A stretch of 64,000 bases of DNA from Octopus bimaculoides (taxonomy: Eukaryota): NCBI RefSeq assembly GCF_001194135.2, contig NC_068989.1, forward strand, positions 5,608,782 to 5,672,781, given 5' to 3'. Every line of letters begins with the position of its first letter. Position 1 is the first letter of the stretch. Of this stretch, positions 35,788 to 50,155 are shown in pieces. A program made the translations under genes and the position numbers. The notes under the pieces were generated by a model that was not told the origin of the DNA, did no database searches, and saw nothing but the letters and a program-made list of their open reading frames with translations.

Positions 35788-37429
35788 CTGGAAAATATAG
35801 CAATCCAAAGAGAAGAATAAATATTGCGGGGTCATTAAATATTGGTTTCAAATTTTGGCACAGGGCCAGCAATTTTAAAGGTTGGGGCAGGACACACACA
35901 TACAATGTGTCGATCAAATTCANNNNNNNNNNNNNNNNNNNNNNNNNNNNNNNNNNNNNNNNNNNNNNNNNNNNNNNNNNNNNNNNNNNNNNNNNNNNNN
36001 NNNNNNNNNNNNNNNNNNNNNNNNNNNNNNNNNNNNNNNNNNNNNNNNNNNNNNNNNNNNNNNNNNNNNNNNNNNNNNNNNNNNNNNNNNNNNNNNNNNN
36101 NNGGGGGGGGGGGGCACCCACAACTACAAGGGGGCCCACCCGCAACTACAATGCTATCATTTAATTTTTTTTTTTTTGTTAAAAATATTCTTTTCAACAA
36201 TCTACAAACACAGCCAAGCTGAAATAATTAATGCATTCTTCCAGGAGTGAATAAAAAATTCTCAAACTTGAGGGAATGGGCCCTTAGATACTAACATGGG
36301 GCTCCATATATGGATTCTAATGGCGCAGGGGCCCACTTGCCATCGGGAAAGCTGGCAACCTGGCCAGTCCGCTACTGCTCACAAGGTATTGGGCAATATA
36401 GAAGATACTTGCCCAAGGTGACACACAGTGGGATGGAACCCAAAACCACACAGTTGCAAAGTGCAATTCTTAACCACACAACTATGCCTTCTCTCTTCTT
36501 TTAATCCAGTATATTTCTAGATCTTTCTTACTGTTTCGTTTGTAATGCTTTTTGTCTGCACTGTAGGTAGTATATATTAGTCTACACACTGAACTACAAC
36601 ATAGATGTGACTAAAAAAAAACTGAACAAGCACATAATTTGTAACAAAATTAAAAAGAAAATGTAGTGCAGAATGAACTTGGTAGGAAAAATGTTAACTT
36701 AATGAAGGTTATTCAGAGAACTAAAGAGCATAGTGAATAACAATTTATTGGTTTTTATTGATGATCAAAAATACTTTTGACAGTGTTATTGATGACAAAT
36801 TATGGTCTGTGCTTATAAAAATGAGATGTTCTCAATATTTTATAGAATTTCTAAAATTACTTTATTTCCAGAAAATAGCAGCTGTCAAAACGAATGTGTG
36901 ATTTGAAACTGAGCAGAGTTATGACAAGGATTACCCTTTCACCTTCTCTATATAAAACATCTATGCAGAAATGTAATGAGATGAGATCTAGAAAGTTTTA
37001 GAAGCACAGCTGAAATTGGTGGAAGAACAGGCACAAATTTGGTATGTTTATCTGTGCAGAAATTAGGATCTAAGTTTTTTGTTTGTGATGTTTTTGTTGT
37101 GGAAAATTTCAAACTCAATTTGAGTACAAAGAATCATATTTTATACATTTGGTGAAATATGTATATTTATAGATTGATTGACTGTCTGAATGATTAATCA
37201 ACTAGTTAACCAAATGACTAAAAAATAATAAACAAGTGAAATAGAGTCAGTGCATGTGTTTATTATTGCTGTAACGACCCACCAGACATACAACAAAATA
37301 TATTTCAATACACAATTTCACATTAGGAATCTTGCAAACCAAATACGAAAACGAAATAGCTTGTAGGCTTTATGGAAAAAAAAAATTCCTTCAGCCTTTA
37401 GGTTTCATTTATTTTTAGGTTTCCTTATT

Positions 37430-38200
37430 GATGGTTGCTGAAAGAATTGAAGATTTCGCTGGAGAAAGTTACATGAAATGTGAAGAATATTGTTTATTTA
37501 TTAATTTTGACAAAACTGAATCAATGATTATCTCAGAAACATTTTACCAAAAATAACCCAATAATAATTGATAATCAAACTGTCAAAGAAGTCTACAAGT
37601 TTTCCTATCTTTGAAGTATTATTACAAATCAATGGGACGAAAGCAAAGAGATAAAATGAAGAAATGCATTAACAAAATATGCTATTATCTCTTTAAAACA
37701 TATTGGTAAAAAAAAAAAAAAAAATTCATCAATAAGTAAAAGGAAACAAAAATGGTTGAAATTGTAGCACATTTTCACACCCTGATATATCCAGTAGCAA
37801 CACATGGATCTAAAGTGTTAGATTTTGAAATGCTGACAGAAAAAAGGTAGAGAGTTTTCAAGTTTGGTGCTTTAGAAGAATGTTAAGAATTAGCTGCACA
37901 GAGAGAAAGGACAAATCAGTGTCTTGGAGCAAACTAGGATATAAAGAAATGGATGGAGTCTTGCTAAAGAACTGGACAGGTAGAATATTAAATATTTTGG
38001 TGTGTTGAAAGGATAGGTGGCATGCAGAAATGATTGGTCATTGTGAAGTTATTGAAAAAAAAACAACAGGAAACTAAAGGAAGCCTCAAAACAAATGATC
38101 TGGACTGATAACATAATGGTGAAAACAGAATTGAAGAAGAAACAATTAATAAAACTATAGGAAAATAGAGATCAATGAGGATAATTTATCAGATGTACGA
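37430..38200 (+). mobile_element. Decayed RTE/BovB-like LINE RT C-terminal fragment
   Basis: Pieces KTESMII, KEVYKFSYL, LIYPVATHGS and FQVWCFRRMLRIS, interrupted by stops and frameshifts. Confidence 0.7.
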
Positions 38201-39167
38201 GATTCCCAGACTCCAACTGTTGTTGGTTACAGATGACCATGATGATGTATGCAAATCTTAAAAATGTCTATTAGCAAAGGATGTAAACATTGATGAGAAA
38301 AAACAAAGAAACAAAAATAAATAAAAAGGAAGTCTATTACAACATTTGCTCTTAGATGCAGGTATTGCTTTGTGGTAAGCAAGTTTGCTTCCCAACCGCA
38401 TGGTTTTGGATTCAAGCTCACTGCATGGCACCTTGGGGCAAGGGTCTTGCTGACAAATTAATCCATTTCAGATGTTTTTAAAGCTAAATGTACAGCCACA
38501 TGTATGTAAATATGAACAAACTAACATTTGTTTTTTTTTAGTGCCAAAAAGTGTATACAAATACAAATAAGATGATAATTTATTTGTATTTACATCTTTC
38601 AATGCTTATATAAAACAAATGTTAGTTTGTTTATATTTATATACACTTGTATGTATATATGTATGTATGTACAGTAATCCCTCACTATATCAAGGTTCAC
38701 CTATCGTGCACTCAGTACATGGATTTTTCTGGTTAATATATGGAAACTTATATCATGGGTTTCTACAGCCGAGCGGTATTCATATTTTTTTGATATTTTA
38801 ATTATTTCTGTGGGAGGTTTTGGAACATAACACCTGTGATAGTTGAGGTGTCACTATATGTATGTATGTATGGATGTTGTTCTCTTATTCTTTTTAACTT
38901 AGAAAATAAGTTTTGGCCTGCCACCCACTTGGAAGCAAGATGGTGAAAGAAAGTATCTTGTTTTGATCATCATCCTTAGAATCTGATAAAGGTCTTGCAG
39001 ATTTTTATAATTCCAGATGTTATGATCATTTGTAATGCATGAATTAAAGATTTGCATTCTCTCCCCAAGATCTCAAGTCCGGCCATTCTTTGTTCCATAC
39101 ATGTGTACATACATACATATGTATGTATGTATGTATGTATTTATGCGTGCATGCATGTATGTTTATG

Positions 39168-39201
<34 letters not shown>

Positions 39202-41252
39202 CATGCATGTTTATATGTATTAGTAAGGATTTTGAAAAAATTCTTAATCCATTCAAGTCTCTTCTGTAAATGTTCAACCACGTCAAGATATGAATAAATA
39301 ATTAATTAATAAGATATTATTATTCTAATTTGATCACCTGAAAGAATTCATGGTTTTTCAAACTCTTTGAAATGGCAAAATTTAAAGAATTTCTTTGACA
39401 CCTCACTCCCCTCACCTACCACCTCAGTTTGTCACAAACTTGTAAATTTTTCATCATAGCAAGAAAAAAAAAGAAAAAAAGAAAAACTGTAAGAATTTCA
39501 TATCAGAATTGGTTCTAAACATATTAGAAGAGTCCATTATTGGTTATTAGCAATCCATTAGAATTCATAATTTCCAAATTCTTTGATATTTTCAATTTTG
39601 ATGACTTTAGAAGCCTGTCATAAAATTCTGCTTGACATAGCTGCTGAAATGACAAAAATTTCACGTTTGTATGAATTAGTGCAATATCAGCATCATGTTT
39701 TCTTCTGTATCATTTCTTGTACGTTCACCATCCTATGAGACGAGGGTATGCTCTGGCACGTCTTCACTAGTAGGGGGTAACCGTGTAATGGCTCTACAGC
39801 AAGAAACCTGTTCCCATCTCTTGATCATACCTGGCATAAAGCTATCTCCCTCAACATTTACACCGTCTCAGTTAAGGCGTCTTCTCTTGTAAGTCGTTTG
39901 GTGACCTCACAGGTGTTGGTGCCACATAAAAAGCACCCAGTATATTCTGTGAAGTGGATGTAGAAGCCATGCCAAAGCAGACGTTGGAGCTTGGCACTGT
40001 CTGTGGCCACGCCAGCCCCTGTTGGACTGTCAAACCCATGCCAGCAGAGAAAACAGACATTAAACAATGGTGATGGTGATGCATGTTATCATCATCATCA
40101 TTGTAATCATTTAACATCCGTTATCCATGCTGACATGGGTTGGACAGTGTGACTGGGGCTGGAAAGCTGGAAGGCTGTACCAAACTCCTGTCTGATTTGG
40201 TATGGTTTTCTACAGCTGGATGCTCTTCTTAATGCTAACCACTCTGAGAGTGTAATCAGTGCTTTTATGTGCCACCACCATGGGTGCCATTTGCGTGACA
40301 CCAGTATCTGCAACGATTGTGATTTTGCTTGGCTTGATGGGTCTTCTTCTCAAGCACGACATAATGCCAATGGTCTCGGTCATTGCCTCTGTGAGGACCA
40401 ACACTCAAAAGGAACTCAACCTCTTTGCCTCTGTGAGGCCCAATGCTTAAAAAGAACTGAGCCTCTTTGCTCCCATAAGGCCCAATGCTCAAAAGGAAAA
40501 CGGACGTTAAATGATGATGATGAAGATGATACCAGTTTAATAATGTCAAAGTTACTCTTCATTATATATCAATATTAATAGGAACAAAGCTAGAAAGTTT
40601 AAACAGAAAAATGGAAACAAAAAGATTAAAATGGTAGAGTGTATGTGAGGGAAATTTCGCAGCTATTTCTAGCATTCTGAGTGAACACTGAGTGGCATAC
40701 TCATTGACGTGAATAATTTTCAAGTTCTCAGAAAAGGCAAAATACATAAAAAAACAAAGTGGAGAGTGCAAGATTCCATTTCTCTAAAAAAAAAAAAAAA
40801 AAAAACTGAGAGGAATTTGGTGGCTATTTCTAGCAGGTCAAGACAAGATAAGAGAAAAACATTGCTCCTTCCTCATTACAAATTTATTTCTAATTTGACA
40901 TTTAATTATTCCATAAGTTAAGTGTTCTAATATATCATTGCCTTGCTGGGAGTGATTTGAGGAAGATTTAGCTATTATTTCTAGCAGGTCTGTTGATAAC
41001 TGCAGAGAGGCCACCATATTAGCTATTAAAAAGTGAGATGTAGCACTGACCACAAAAGATCCACAAGTCATTGTATACAGACATATAACAGCAGGGAGTC
41101 AGCTCATCAGTTCTTGGAATATCTTCTTCATCATTTCCCAGTACAAAACAATGGCATGCAGAGAAAATGTCTTGAAATTTCAACAAAGCAACTACACACG
41201 CACACACATTTATACATATATCTATAAATATACATACAAATATTACACACAA

Positions 41253-41325
<73 letters not shown>

Positions 41326-41419
41326 CAGAGACAAAAATATACATATATACATTGCCACACAAATATGTGTATATACATGAATAGAAATACATAATATATA
41401 CACAAACATGTGAATGCAT

Positions 41420-41560
41420 ATGTCCTGAGATAATTTCTTCAGTACTTCATCTCACATCTTCCTGGGTCTCCCACTTCCACGTGTTCCTTCTACTTAGCGA
41501 GATCAACACTTCTTTATGGAACTTTCAGCATCCATCCACATGACATGACCAAACTAGCTA
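41420..41560 (-). mobile_element. RTE-clade LINE 3' fragment, same family as 4785-5110
   Basis: Minus strand translates WFGHVMWMDAESSIKKC*..VEGTRGSGRPRK.*DEVLK. Confidence 0.65.
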
Positions 41561-41581
41561 TCTATGCATATATATATATAT

Positions 41582-41798
41582 GACAGGGTGCTGAACAGTT
41601 CCTGGCTTTAAGGGTCTAGTGAAAGGCCTGGGTTGGAGGCCCAACCTTCCGAGTTCTTTTACAGGCCTTAGAAAAAGTGAAGCACCACTGCAATGAATGT
41701 GTGATTCTGAGAGGGGAATATCTTAAATAAAATCATAATTAACTGATCCTCCTGTATTTTCTTTCATTCAAAGTCATGAACTTTCCAGCACTCCCTTA
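41582..41798 (+). mobile_element. Mariner-derived MITE, same family as 1149-1363
   Basis: gacagggtgctgaacagttcctggcttt...aaagtcatgaactttccagcactccctta; the interior aligns with the 1149 copy by eye. Confidence 0.75.
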
Positions 41799-42464
41799 TA
41801 CCCCCNNNNNNNNNNNNNNNNNNNNNNNNNNNNNNNNNNNNNNNNNNNNNNNNNNNNNNNNNNNNNNNNNNNNNNNNNNNNNNNNNNNNNNNNNNNNNNN
41901 NNNNNNCCCCACATATATGTACATACATCGTTATCATCATTTAACATCCATTTTCCTGCATGGATGCCCCAGAGGGGATTTATTGAGGCAGATATCCTAT
42001 ACTGGGGTGCCCTTCCTGTTGCCAACCCTCATCTGTTTTCAGACGAGGTAATACTTCCCATATACTGTATGTATTTATCACCCCCCACCAGATATGTTTA
42101 TATATATATATATAAACAAATAATAAATGAGTATATGCATATATACGTACAGGTATGTGCATACCTGCGTCTACCTGTATATATAGGTGCATATCTGGGT
42201 ACAGGACATTGCAAACAAAACGTAGACAAGAAAATAATAATAACCAGAGTACAGAAAACACACAAGCCACATAGAAAACATTTTCCTTCATCAGCTACCC
42301 CCATTTTAACACCGGCGTTTCGAAGAGTTGGGCAGGATGCATCGTTAAAACGGCTCTTCCTATGGACCGCAAATTAAATTTGTATACACAAATTAAACCT
42401 GTGCCATGGAGGAATGTAGTGGCGGACAAAAAACAAGACAGGAAAACAAACGGAAAAGAAAACA

Positions 42465-43163
42465 NNNNNNNNNNNNNNNNNNNNNNNNNNNNNNNNNNNN
42501 NNNNNNNNNNNNNNNNNNNNNNNNNNNNNNNNNNNNNNNNNNNNNNNNNNNNNNNNNNNNNNNNNNNNNNNNNNNNNNNNNNNNNNNNNNNNNNNNNNNN
42601 NNNNNNNNNNNNNNNNNNNNNNNNNNNNNNNNNNNNNNNNNNNNNNNNNNNNNNNNNNNNNNNNNNNNNNNNNNNNNNNNNNNNNNNNNNNNNNNNNNNN
42701 NNNNNNNNNNNNNNNNNNNNNNNNNNNNNNNNNNNNNNNNNNNNNNNNNNNNNNNNNNNNNNNNNNNNNNNNNNNNNNNNNNNNNNNNNNNNNNNNNNNN
42801 NNNNNNNNNNNNNNNNNNNNNNNNNNNNNNNNNNNNNNNNNNNNNNNNNNNNNNNNNNNNNNNNNNNNNNNNNNNNNNNNNNNNNNNNNNNNNNNNNNNN
42901 NNNNNNNNNNNNNNNNNNNNNNNNNNNNNNNNNNNNNNNNNNNNNNNNNNNNNNNNNNNNNNNNNNNNNNNNNNNNNNNNNNNNNNNNNNNNNNNNNNNN
43001 NNNNNNNNNNNNNNNNNNNNNNNNNNNNNNNNNNNNNNNNNNNNNNNNNNNNNNNNNNNNNNNNNNNNNNNNNNNNNNNNNNNNNNNNNNNNNNNNNNNN
43101 NNNNNNNNNNNNNNNNNNNNNNNNNNNNNNNNNNNNNNNNNNNNNNNNNNNNNNNNNNNNNNN
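42465..43163. other. Largest assembly gap (N-run). Others at ~5402, 7301, 11743, 13796, 25691, 29837, 35923, 41806, 45240 and 51260
   Basis: Runs of N. Confidence 1.
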
Positions 43164-44253
43164 CAGGTATGAGTATACCATCGTCTACCTGTATATATAT
43201 ATATATATATAGATATATACAAGCATACATATATACATACATACATACACACACATGTAAATATATATACATATATTTGTGTGTGTATATATGCGAGTAT
43301 GTATGTGTGAGGGTGTGTGTGTATATTTCATATATATATTGTATTTATCACACATACACACACACATGTATATATATATATATATACATACACACAAACG
43401 TGTGTGTTTGTGTATATATATATATATATATATATAGATATCAGTGGCGTGCGGTGACTTCTGGGGTTGGGCATGCAATGAATTTCTCCACCCCCACTGG
43501 CAATTTTTCAGTAAAAGAATTTTTGTATTCCTACGATTTACATATGAGAGATTCTGAATATGCAATCATCCCCGTATGACCTAGAATAAGCAGGGAATAA
43601 AAAATGGCTCTGTAGAGATGAGCCTCAAATAAGTGTATTGTTTGTATTTTTCCCATACTCACTCTCCCTTAAAAAAGTCTAAAAATCATAAGTGAAATGG
43701 AACAAAGATGATATTGGATTCTGTTAATATTTTTGCATATTCGGAATCTCTGTTAAAGGTAGGAATTCGAAAAAAATTTCACAAAATTTCGTTTTTCAAA
43801 GGGGTGCGATTCTGCATTAGCCCCTATACCTATTGGTTCAGCTGAATCAATTTGAATTGATTTAATAAAGAGAACACATTTAGTTACATTATATGGCCAT
43901 GGTTTTAGATAGTTACGCTCTCGAAGACAAATCAGGTGCTTTATCATGCTACTTGTCAATTCCGGGAAAATTATTGATACTCAAGTAGACTGTTCTTCAA
44001 AAGCTCAAAGACAATATAATGTATTGGTTTATTTATTTTTTTATATATTATTTCTTTTATATATTATTTTCTTCATTTTGTACTTCTTTGCGAAAAACAT
44101 TTTCATTCTCCTTCTTCTTGAAAATTTGCTTCGCAATGAAAGCTGGTTAGAAATCTTTATTAAAATATGCTTCCAGTTTAGCATTCTGCCTTATTTTTCA
44201 TTTTCATATTATTTCTCCATGTGCAGTTAACACAACCCCACTATTTACTGACT

Positions 44254-44291
<38 letters not shown>

Positions 44292-45989
44292 TATACACTG
44301 TTGTATCTGGGGAGAGTCATTCTCTTTTAGTGCCCTATAATTTAACACACTCACTGGGTAGAAGGGCCTTTACAATAATGACAAATATGCTGTACCTATT
44401 GTTAACTGTTTATTATATGTATTGGCCCTCCTAACCACTTGGACCCTCAAAAATAATAGGTATTAAGCCAGTATTTTCTTGGATGCAACCATCCCTCCAT
44501 GAGGTTAACATACCCTCTAATTATATATAAATATATATATAATCATCATCATCATCATCGTTTAATGTCCACTTTCCATGCTAGCATGGGTTGGACGGTT
44601 TGACTGAGGACGGGCAGGCCACAAGGCTGCACCAGGCTCCAATTTGATCCGGCAAGGTTTCTAAAGCTGGATGCCCTTCCTAATGCCAACCACTCCGAGA
44701 GTGTAGTGGGTGCTTTTTATGCGCCACTGGTACGAGGGCCAGTGAGCCTGTACTGGCATCGACCATGCTCGAATGGTGCTATTTACATGCCACCAGCATG
44801 GGAACCAGTCAGGCGGCACTGGCATCAACCACACTTGAATGGTGCTATTTACGTACCATCCACTCACATGGAATTGGTCAGCCTAGGGCTATAGCAGAAG
44901 ACATTTGCCCACAGTTGGATTGAACTGGAATGTGTGTGTGTGTGTGTGTGTGTATATTATATATATATATTTACTCTTTACTTGTATCAGTCATTTGACT
45001 GCGGCCATGCTGGAGCACCGCCTTTTGTTGAGCGAGTCGACCCCGGGACTTATTCTTTGTAAGCCTAGTACTTATTCTATCGGTCTCTTTTGCTGAACCG
45101 CTAAGTGACGGGGGCATAAACACACCAGCATCGGTTGTCAAGCGAAGTTGGGGGGACAAACACAGACACACAAACACACACACATATATCATCATCATCA
45201 TCATCATCGTTTAACGTCCGCTTTCCATGCTAGCATGGGNNNNNNNNNNNNNNNNNNNNNNNNNNNNNNNNNNNNNNNNNNNNNNNNNNNNNNNNNNNNN
45301 NNNNNNNNNNNNNNNNNNNNNNNNNNNNNNNNNNNNNNNNNNNNNNNNNNNNNNNNNNNNNNNNNNNNNNNNNNNNNNNNNNNNNNNNNNNNNNNNNNNN
45401 NNNNNNNNNNNNNNNNNNNNNNNNNNNNNNNNNNNNNNNNNNNNNNNNNNNNNNNNNNNNNNNNNNNNNNNNNNNNNNNNNNNNNNNNNNNNNNNNNNNN
45501 NNNNNNNNNNNNNNNNNNNNNNNNNNNNNNNNNNNNNNNNNNNNNNNNNNNNNNTATATATATATATATATATATATGGGATGAAGGAAAGCTATTGTAT
45601 TCTTAAGATGGCACAGTGCTGTTCAATGACGTATGCATCTTTGTGTGTGTGTGTGTATGTATGTGGGGGAGGGGGAGCATTCATGTAAGTGGTATGTCTG
45701 TGAAGGTTGGTGATCACTACAAGCAGAAAATACAGATCCCTCGCATATCTCGATGATCTCTCATGTGTATTTTGGGCTCGTTTTTTTAATGTGGTGTATG
45801 ATGACGCAAAGTGCTCTATTTTGGGGTCCTTTGTAGTTGATTGTGATTTGTTTCAGAAATACTGGGGAGCCTGGGCAGGACAGGCCTAATCGATGATGGA
45901 TCTAATAAAAAGAAAAGAAACATATCGGAGCACCACCGTAATTGGAATAGATTAAAGAATGGATATAGATTGTATGAAGGAGGGGATGG

Positions 45990-46870
45990 AGTGACAAGAG
46001 GGAGAGAGGCTGGGAGTTGAGAGGGATATGGTGGGGGAAGTGTGTAGAGGTAGGGAGAGAGAGAGAGAGAATGCAGTATAAATATAAGGGGAGAGAGAGA
46101 AAGAGAGAGAGAGAGATGAAGTAAAAACATACATGGATGGGGAGAGAGAGGGAGAGAGGCAGAGAAAAGGGGAGAGAGAGGGAAGAGAGAGAGAGAAAAG
46201 AAGGGGAGAGAGGGTGAGAGAGAGAGATGTAGAAAAAAGAGAGGGGAGGAAGGGGGAGAGAGAGGGAGAGAGAGATAAAGTCAAAAACATACATGGATGG
46301 GGGAGAGAGAGAGAGGCAGAGAAAAAGAGAGGGGGAGAGAGAGTGATGTGGAGAAGAAGTCATAAACACACATGGATGAGGGAGAGAGAGGCAGAGGAAG
46401 AGAGAGAGAGAGAGGGGAAACGAAAGGGAAGAGAGAGAAGTGAAAGAAAGAGGGAGAGAGAAAGAATGTCTGATAGAGAATGGGGAAAAGGAAATAAAGT
46501 AAAGACAAGTTGTGAGAAATAAAAGCTAAAAAGAAACACAAAGAAAGAGAAAGGAAAGGAGAAAGAGACTGAGAGAGAGGATCGTGAGAGAGAGAGAATG
46601 TGACAAAGGGAGATGTACATATATATATATAGAGAGAGAGAAAGGGGGAGGAGAGAAAGAGAGAGAAACAGAAAAAATGAAAAGATATGGAGAAGGAAGA
46701 AGAGAGTAAAAAAGAGACAATGATGACAAAGCAGAGGGAGAGAGGGAGGGAGAGGGGGGCATGTAGAGACAGAAGGGAATGTATAGAGAAAGAAAGAGAG
46801 AGATAGAAACAGGGATAGAGAAAAAGAGAGAGAGAGAGAGATAAGTAATGGAGAAGTTAGCCATAAAGCT
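45990..46870 (+). repeat. GA-rich tract with three copies of aaacatacatggatg-gggagagagag
   Basis: Motif at ~46124, ~46284 and ~46364. Confidence 0.8.
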
Positions 46871-48670
46871 AGGAAAGACAGAAAACAAAAAAAAGGCAGA
46901 ACATTTAGAAATGTTCTGATTTTTGTTTTGAAATATGAATGGGCAGAAAGAGAAGACATAGAATAAAACAAAGGAATTCTTTATCTACGAAACCGTTTCC
47001 TTTTAGTAAACAGTTTCGAATCTGTAAATTCATTTGACACATTTCCCTGTTATTTTCTTTTTAATTTTCGTTTTTGAGATAAGTTTTACTCCAGTTTAAT
47101 TCAATTATTCACTGTATATCATTTAAGTGAGTAAAAGTAAGAAGTCTCGAGGACACAGAAGCTATTGTTCGTTGACGGTATGACGAGTGTGGACAGGATG
47201 AGATGGAGGACAGAGATAAACATGAGACATGCGCAATCACTGAATAATTTATGTATTGGGTTAAATGCAGCTCAACAGTTTGTTTGTTTTTGTTTGCTTT
47301 CTCACTGGCACCCGGTGCTAGATTAACCATTAAGCTAAGTAGGCATATGCTCAGACCATCAAAGGAAGGTGGGGTACCGCCTTAAACGGTTTCAATTGGA
47401 GAAATCGATCCCAGTTCTTATTCCTTGTAAGCTTAGTACTTATTCTATCAGTCTCTTTAGCTGAACTGCTAAGTTACAAGGATGTAAACATACCAACACT
47501 GGTTGTCAAGCAATGGTCGGGGGGGGGGGATAGACAAAGACACACACATGAATTTATACATACGTACATACATACATACATATACGACGGGTTTCTTTCA
47601 GTTTCCATCTACCAAATCCACTCACAAGGCTTTGGTTGGCCTGAGGCTATAGTAGAAGACACTTGCTCAAGATGCCATGCAGTGGGACTGAACCCTGAAC
47701 CATGTGCTTTGAAAGCAAACTTCTTACTACACAGCCACACCTGAACATTGTAGAAAATTTCATTAAAAATTATGTAGTTTTCAGAAAGTTATGAGGAAAC
47801 AAAGTCAACATAGGGGCGAGGGGGAACACTTGTGTACGCATGCTGATTTTTCCATGTATAGCTCAAGAAAATGAAGCAGTTCCTGCAAATGTCATAATTT
47901 AACATAATACATGTAGCAATTGAAACATGTAGCAATTGAATTTTATTTATTATTGCTCTAAGATATATTAAAGCTGTCTATTTCTTTAATTTAAGCTTTC
48001 CATTTCTCTATCTCTTTCATCTATGGAAAGATTATTGTCTAAGATATTTTTGTTGAACAGCGAAATCCATTTATTTTTACATAATGATTTTAACAACGAA
48101 ATATGTTTATTATAACAAAACGTATATTGGAATTGGCAATTTCTTCAGTGCTAATTGCCATGTGTGACGTGTTAAATTGTCGTATATGTTAATATCATTC
48201 ACTGCTGTTTGCTGAATTCTTTTTAACTTGAGGTGTAAAAGTAAGTTACAATAGCAAAAGTTTGTTAACCCACAAATTGTGGGCAGCAGGGCAAGTTGTG
48301 GTTAGAAGGGCAGATGTATTACAGAGCTTCAGATACCAGAAACACAGAACTGATAATGGACAGTGGCAAAGGCAATATTCATACAGTTCCATTAACAAAA
48401 TAGTTCAGGCTTGAGTATTTACTGTTCATGTTGTTGTTGTTGGTGGTGGTGGTGGAGGAGATATTGCAAAGGAGATATTGTTCTTGCGGTTTAACCCTAG
48501 GCCACTCCTACCCAAACAGTACAATGCTCTACATTATGCAACCCACGTGACTGTCTTGTTTTCTTCTCAAGCTTAATGCATTTGCAAGGTGGAGGCGCAA
48601 TGGCCTAGTGGTTAGGGCAGCGGACTTGTGGTCATTTGCTTGAAACATTGTGATACAGAAGTGAAATAAC

Positions 48671-48846
48671 AAATAATGAAGACAGGGAGCTTCTTACAAT
48701 GCAAAAAAAAAGGGCAAAGAAAGTAACCTTTATATATTTCAGGCACAAAGGCCCATCATCAAATGTTGGCCCCTTCACTTGAAATATATAAATGTTACTT
48801 AACTCCCCATTTTTGCATTGTAAGAAGGTCTTCATCTTCATTATTT
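48671..48846. mobile_element. MITE-like hairpin
   Basis: aaataatgaaga...cttcttacaatgcaaaaa pairs with tttttgcattgtaagaag...tcttcattattt. aagtaacctttatatatttc pairs with gaaatatataaatgttactt (19/20). Confidence 0.65.
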
Positions 48847-49834
48847 ATTATTATACATGCACAAAGGTGTGTGTGTGTGTGTAAACATGTAGGGGTGTGT
48901 GTATACATGTGTGTGTGTGTGTGTGTTTGTGGGTATATGTGTGTGGAGTAAAAATATGTGTAACCCCTTTTCCTGCTAATGTCTTCATAGACTTGTGAGT
49001 GTGTGTGTGTGTGGGGGGGGGCGGTGTATGTTTATGTCTCTTTCTCTTGGGATCATGTGATAGTTGTAAATGAGTGTCACTGTCATACAAGCGGTGTCAT
49101 TTATTTCCAGTGTCCGGCAGAAACATGTCTAGCCACAGGGAAACATTACCTCGTTTGGAAGTAAGGGTTGGTGACAGGAAGGGTACCCAACTGTAGAAAA
49201 AAAGTCTTACCTCAATAAATTCCATCCGACCCAGACAAGCGTGGAAAAGTGGACGTTAAATGATGCTTGATAGAAAGCTGATGATGATGATGAGGATGAT
49301 AAAGGTGATGACAATATTTACTGTTCATTTACTAATTTTCATTAAAGATTTAAAATCACTATTGAAAGGCGTCTAAAAGTAATCAGTTATGTAATAGCTG
49401 ATACTAATAACAGAAAAAGCGTTGCTGGTGAAAGTTCTTTGTTCATTGGAAGATGGCAGATAATTATTCCATGCACCAAAGTAAAAGGAAATTGTATGTG
49501 TGTGAGTGTTGCATGTGTGTGTGTGTGCATGTGTGTGTGAGTGTGTGTGTGCGTGTGTGTGTGAGTGTTGCATGTGTGTGTGTGTGCGTGCGCGTGTGTA
49601 AGTGTTGCATGTATGTGTGTGTGTGTGTGTATACTTTGTGTGTGTTTTATCTGTAATGATTCAGTAACAATTTATGAAAAATGTCAACTTCAACAGAATT
49701 ATTTGACTAAAACACAAGGAATACAACATACTGAAAGTCGCTTTTAATTTAGACAAGCTCAGATTTGTGAAAGAATCTTTATGCAAACAGCAATCTGTTT
49801 TCTAAAGACACATTAATGAAAATATTTCCATAAT

Positions 49835-50155
49835 GGTGCATGGCTGTGTGGCCTAAAGGTTAGGCTATCTGGCTCATAATTGTAAAGTCACGAGTTCGAT
49901 TCCTAGTGATACATTGTATCCTTGAGCAAGATACTTCATTTCATGTTGTCCCAGTCCACTCAGTTTGCAAACATGAGTTGTACCTGTAATTCAAAAGGCC
50001 AGCCTTGTCACAATCTGTGTAATGTTGAATCTCCCAGAGAGCTACCTTAAGGGCACACATGTCTGTAGAGTGCTTAGCCACGTGTGCGTTAATTTCATGA
50101 GCTGGTTCTTCCATTGATCAGAACAACTGGAACCCTCGTGATCATAACTGACAGA
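49835..50155 (+). mobile_element. tRNA-derived SINE family D
   Basis: A-box-like tggcctaaaggttagg, B box gagttcgattcc, CORE-like tccttgagcaagatacttcatttc. Related copies at ~3120-3545 (+) and ~31490-31815 (-). Confidence 0.65.

Noticed and set aside
39700-39880. GC-richer segment with short ORFs and a cag|gtatga donor-like site
   Set aside because: No frame resembles C7orf25; more likely a retroelement remnant adjoining a SINE.
41060-41190. Possible exon (DIFSACHCFVLGNDEEDIPRTDELTPCC...)
   Set aside because: No recognisable homology, does not fit the C7orf25 N-terminus, and the splice signals are weak.
42295-43579. ORFs of 260-405 aa spanning N-runs, and similar ones at other gaps
   Set aside because: Artefacts of translating N as X.
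43442-44230. hAT-like element starting cagtggcgtgcggtg with a possible transposase remnant
   Set aside because: No matching right TIR found and no convincing transposase motif in any frame.
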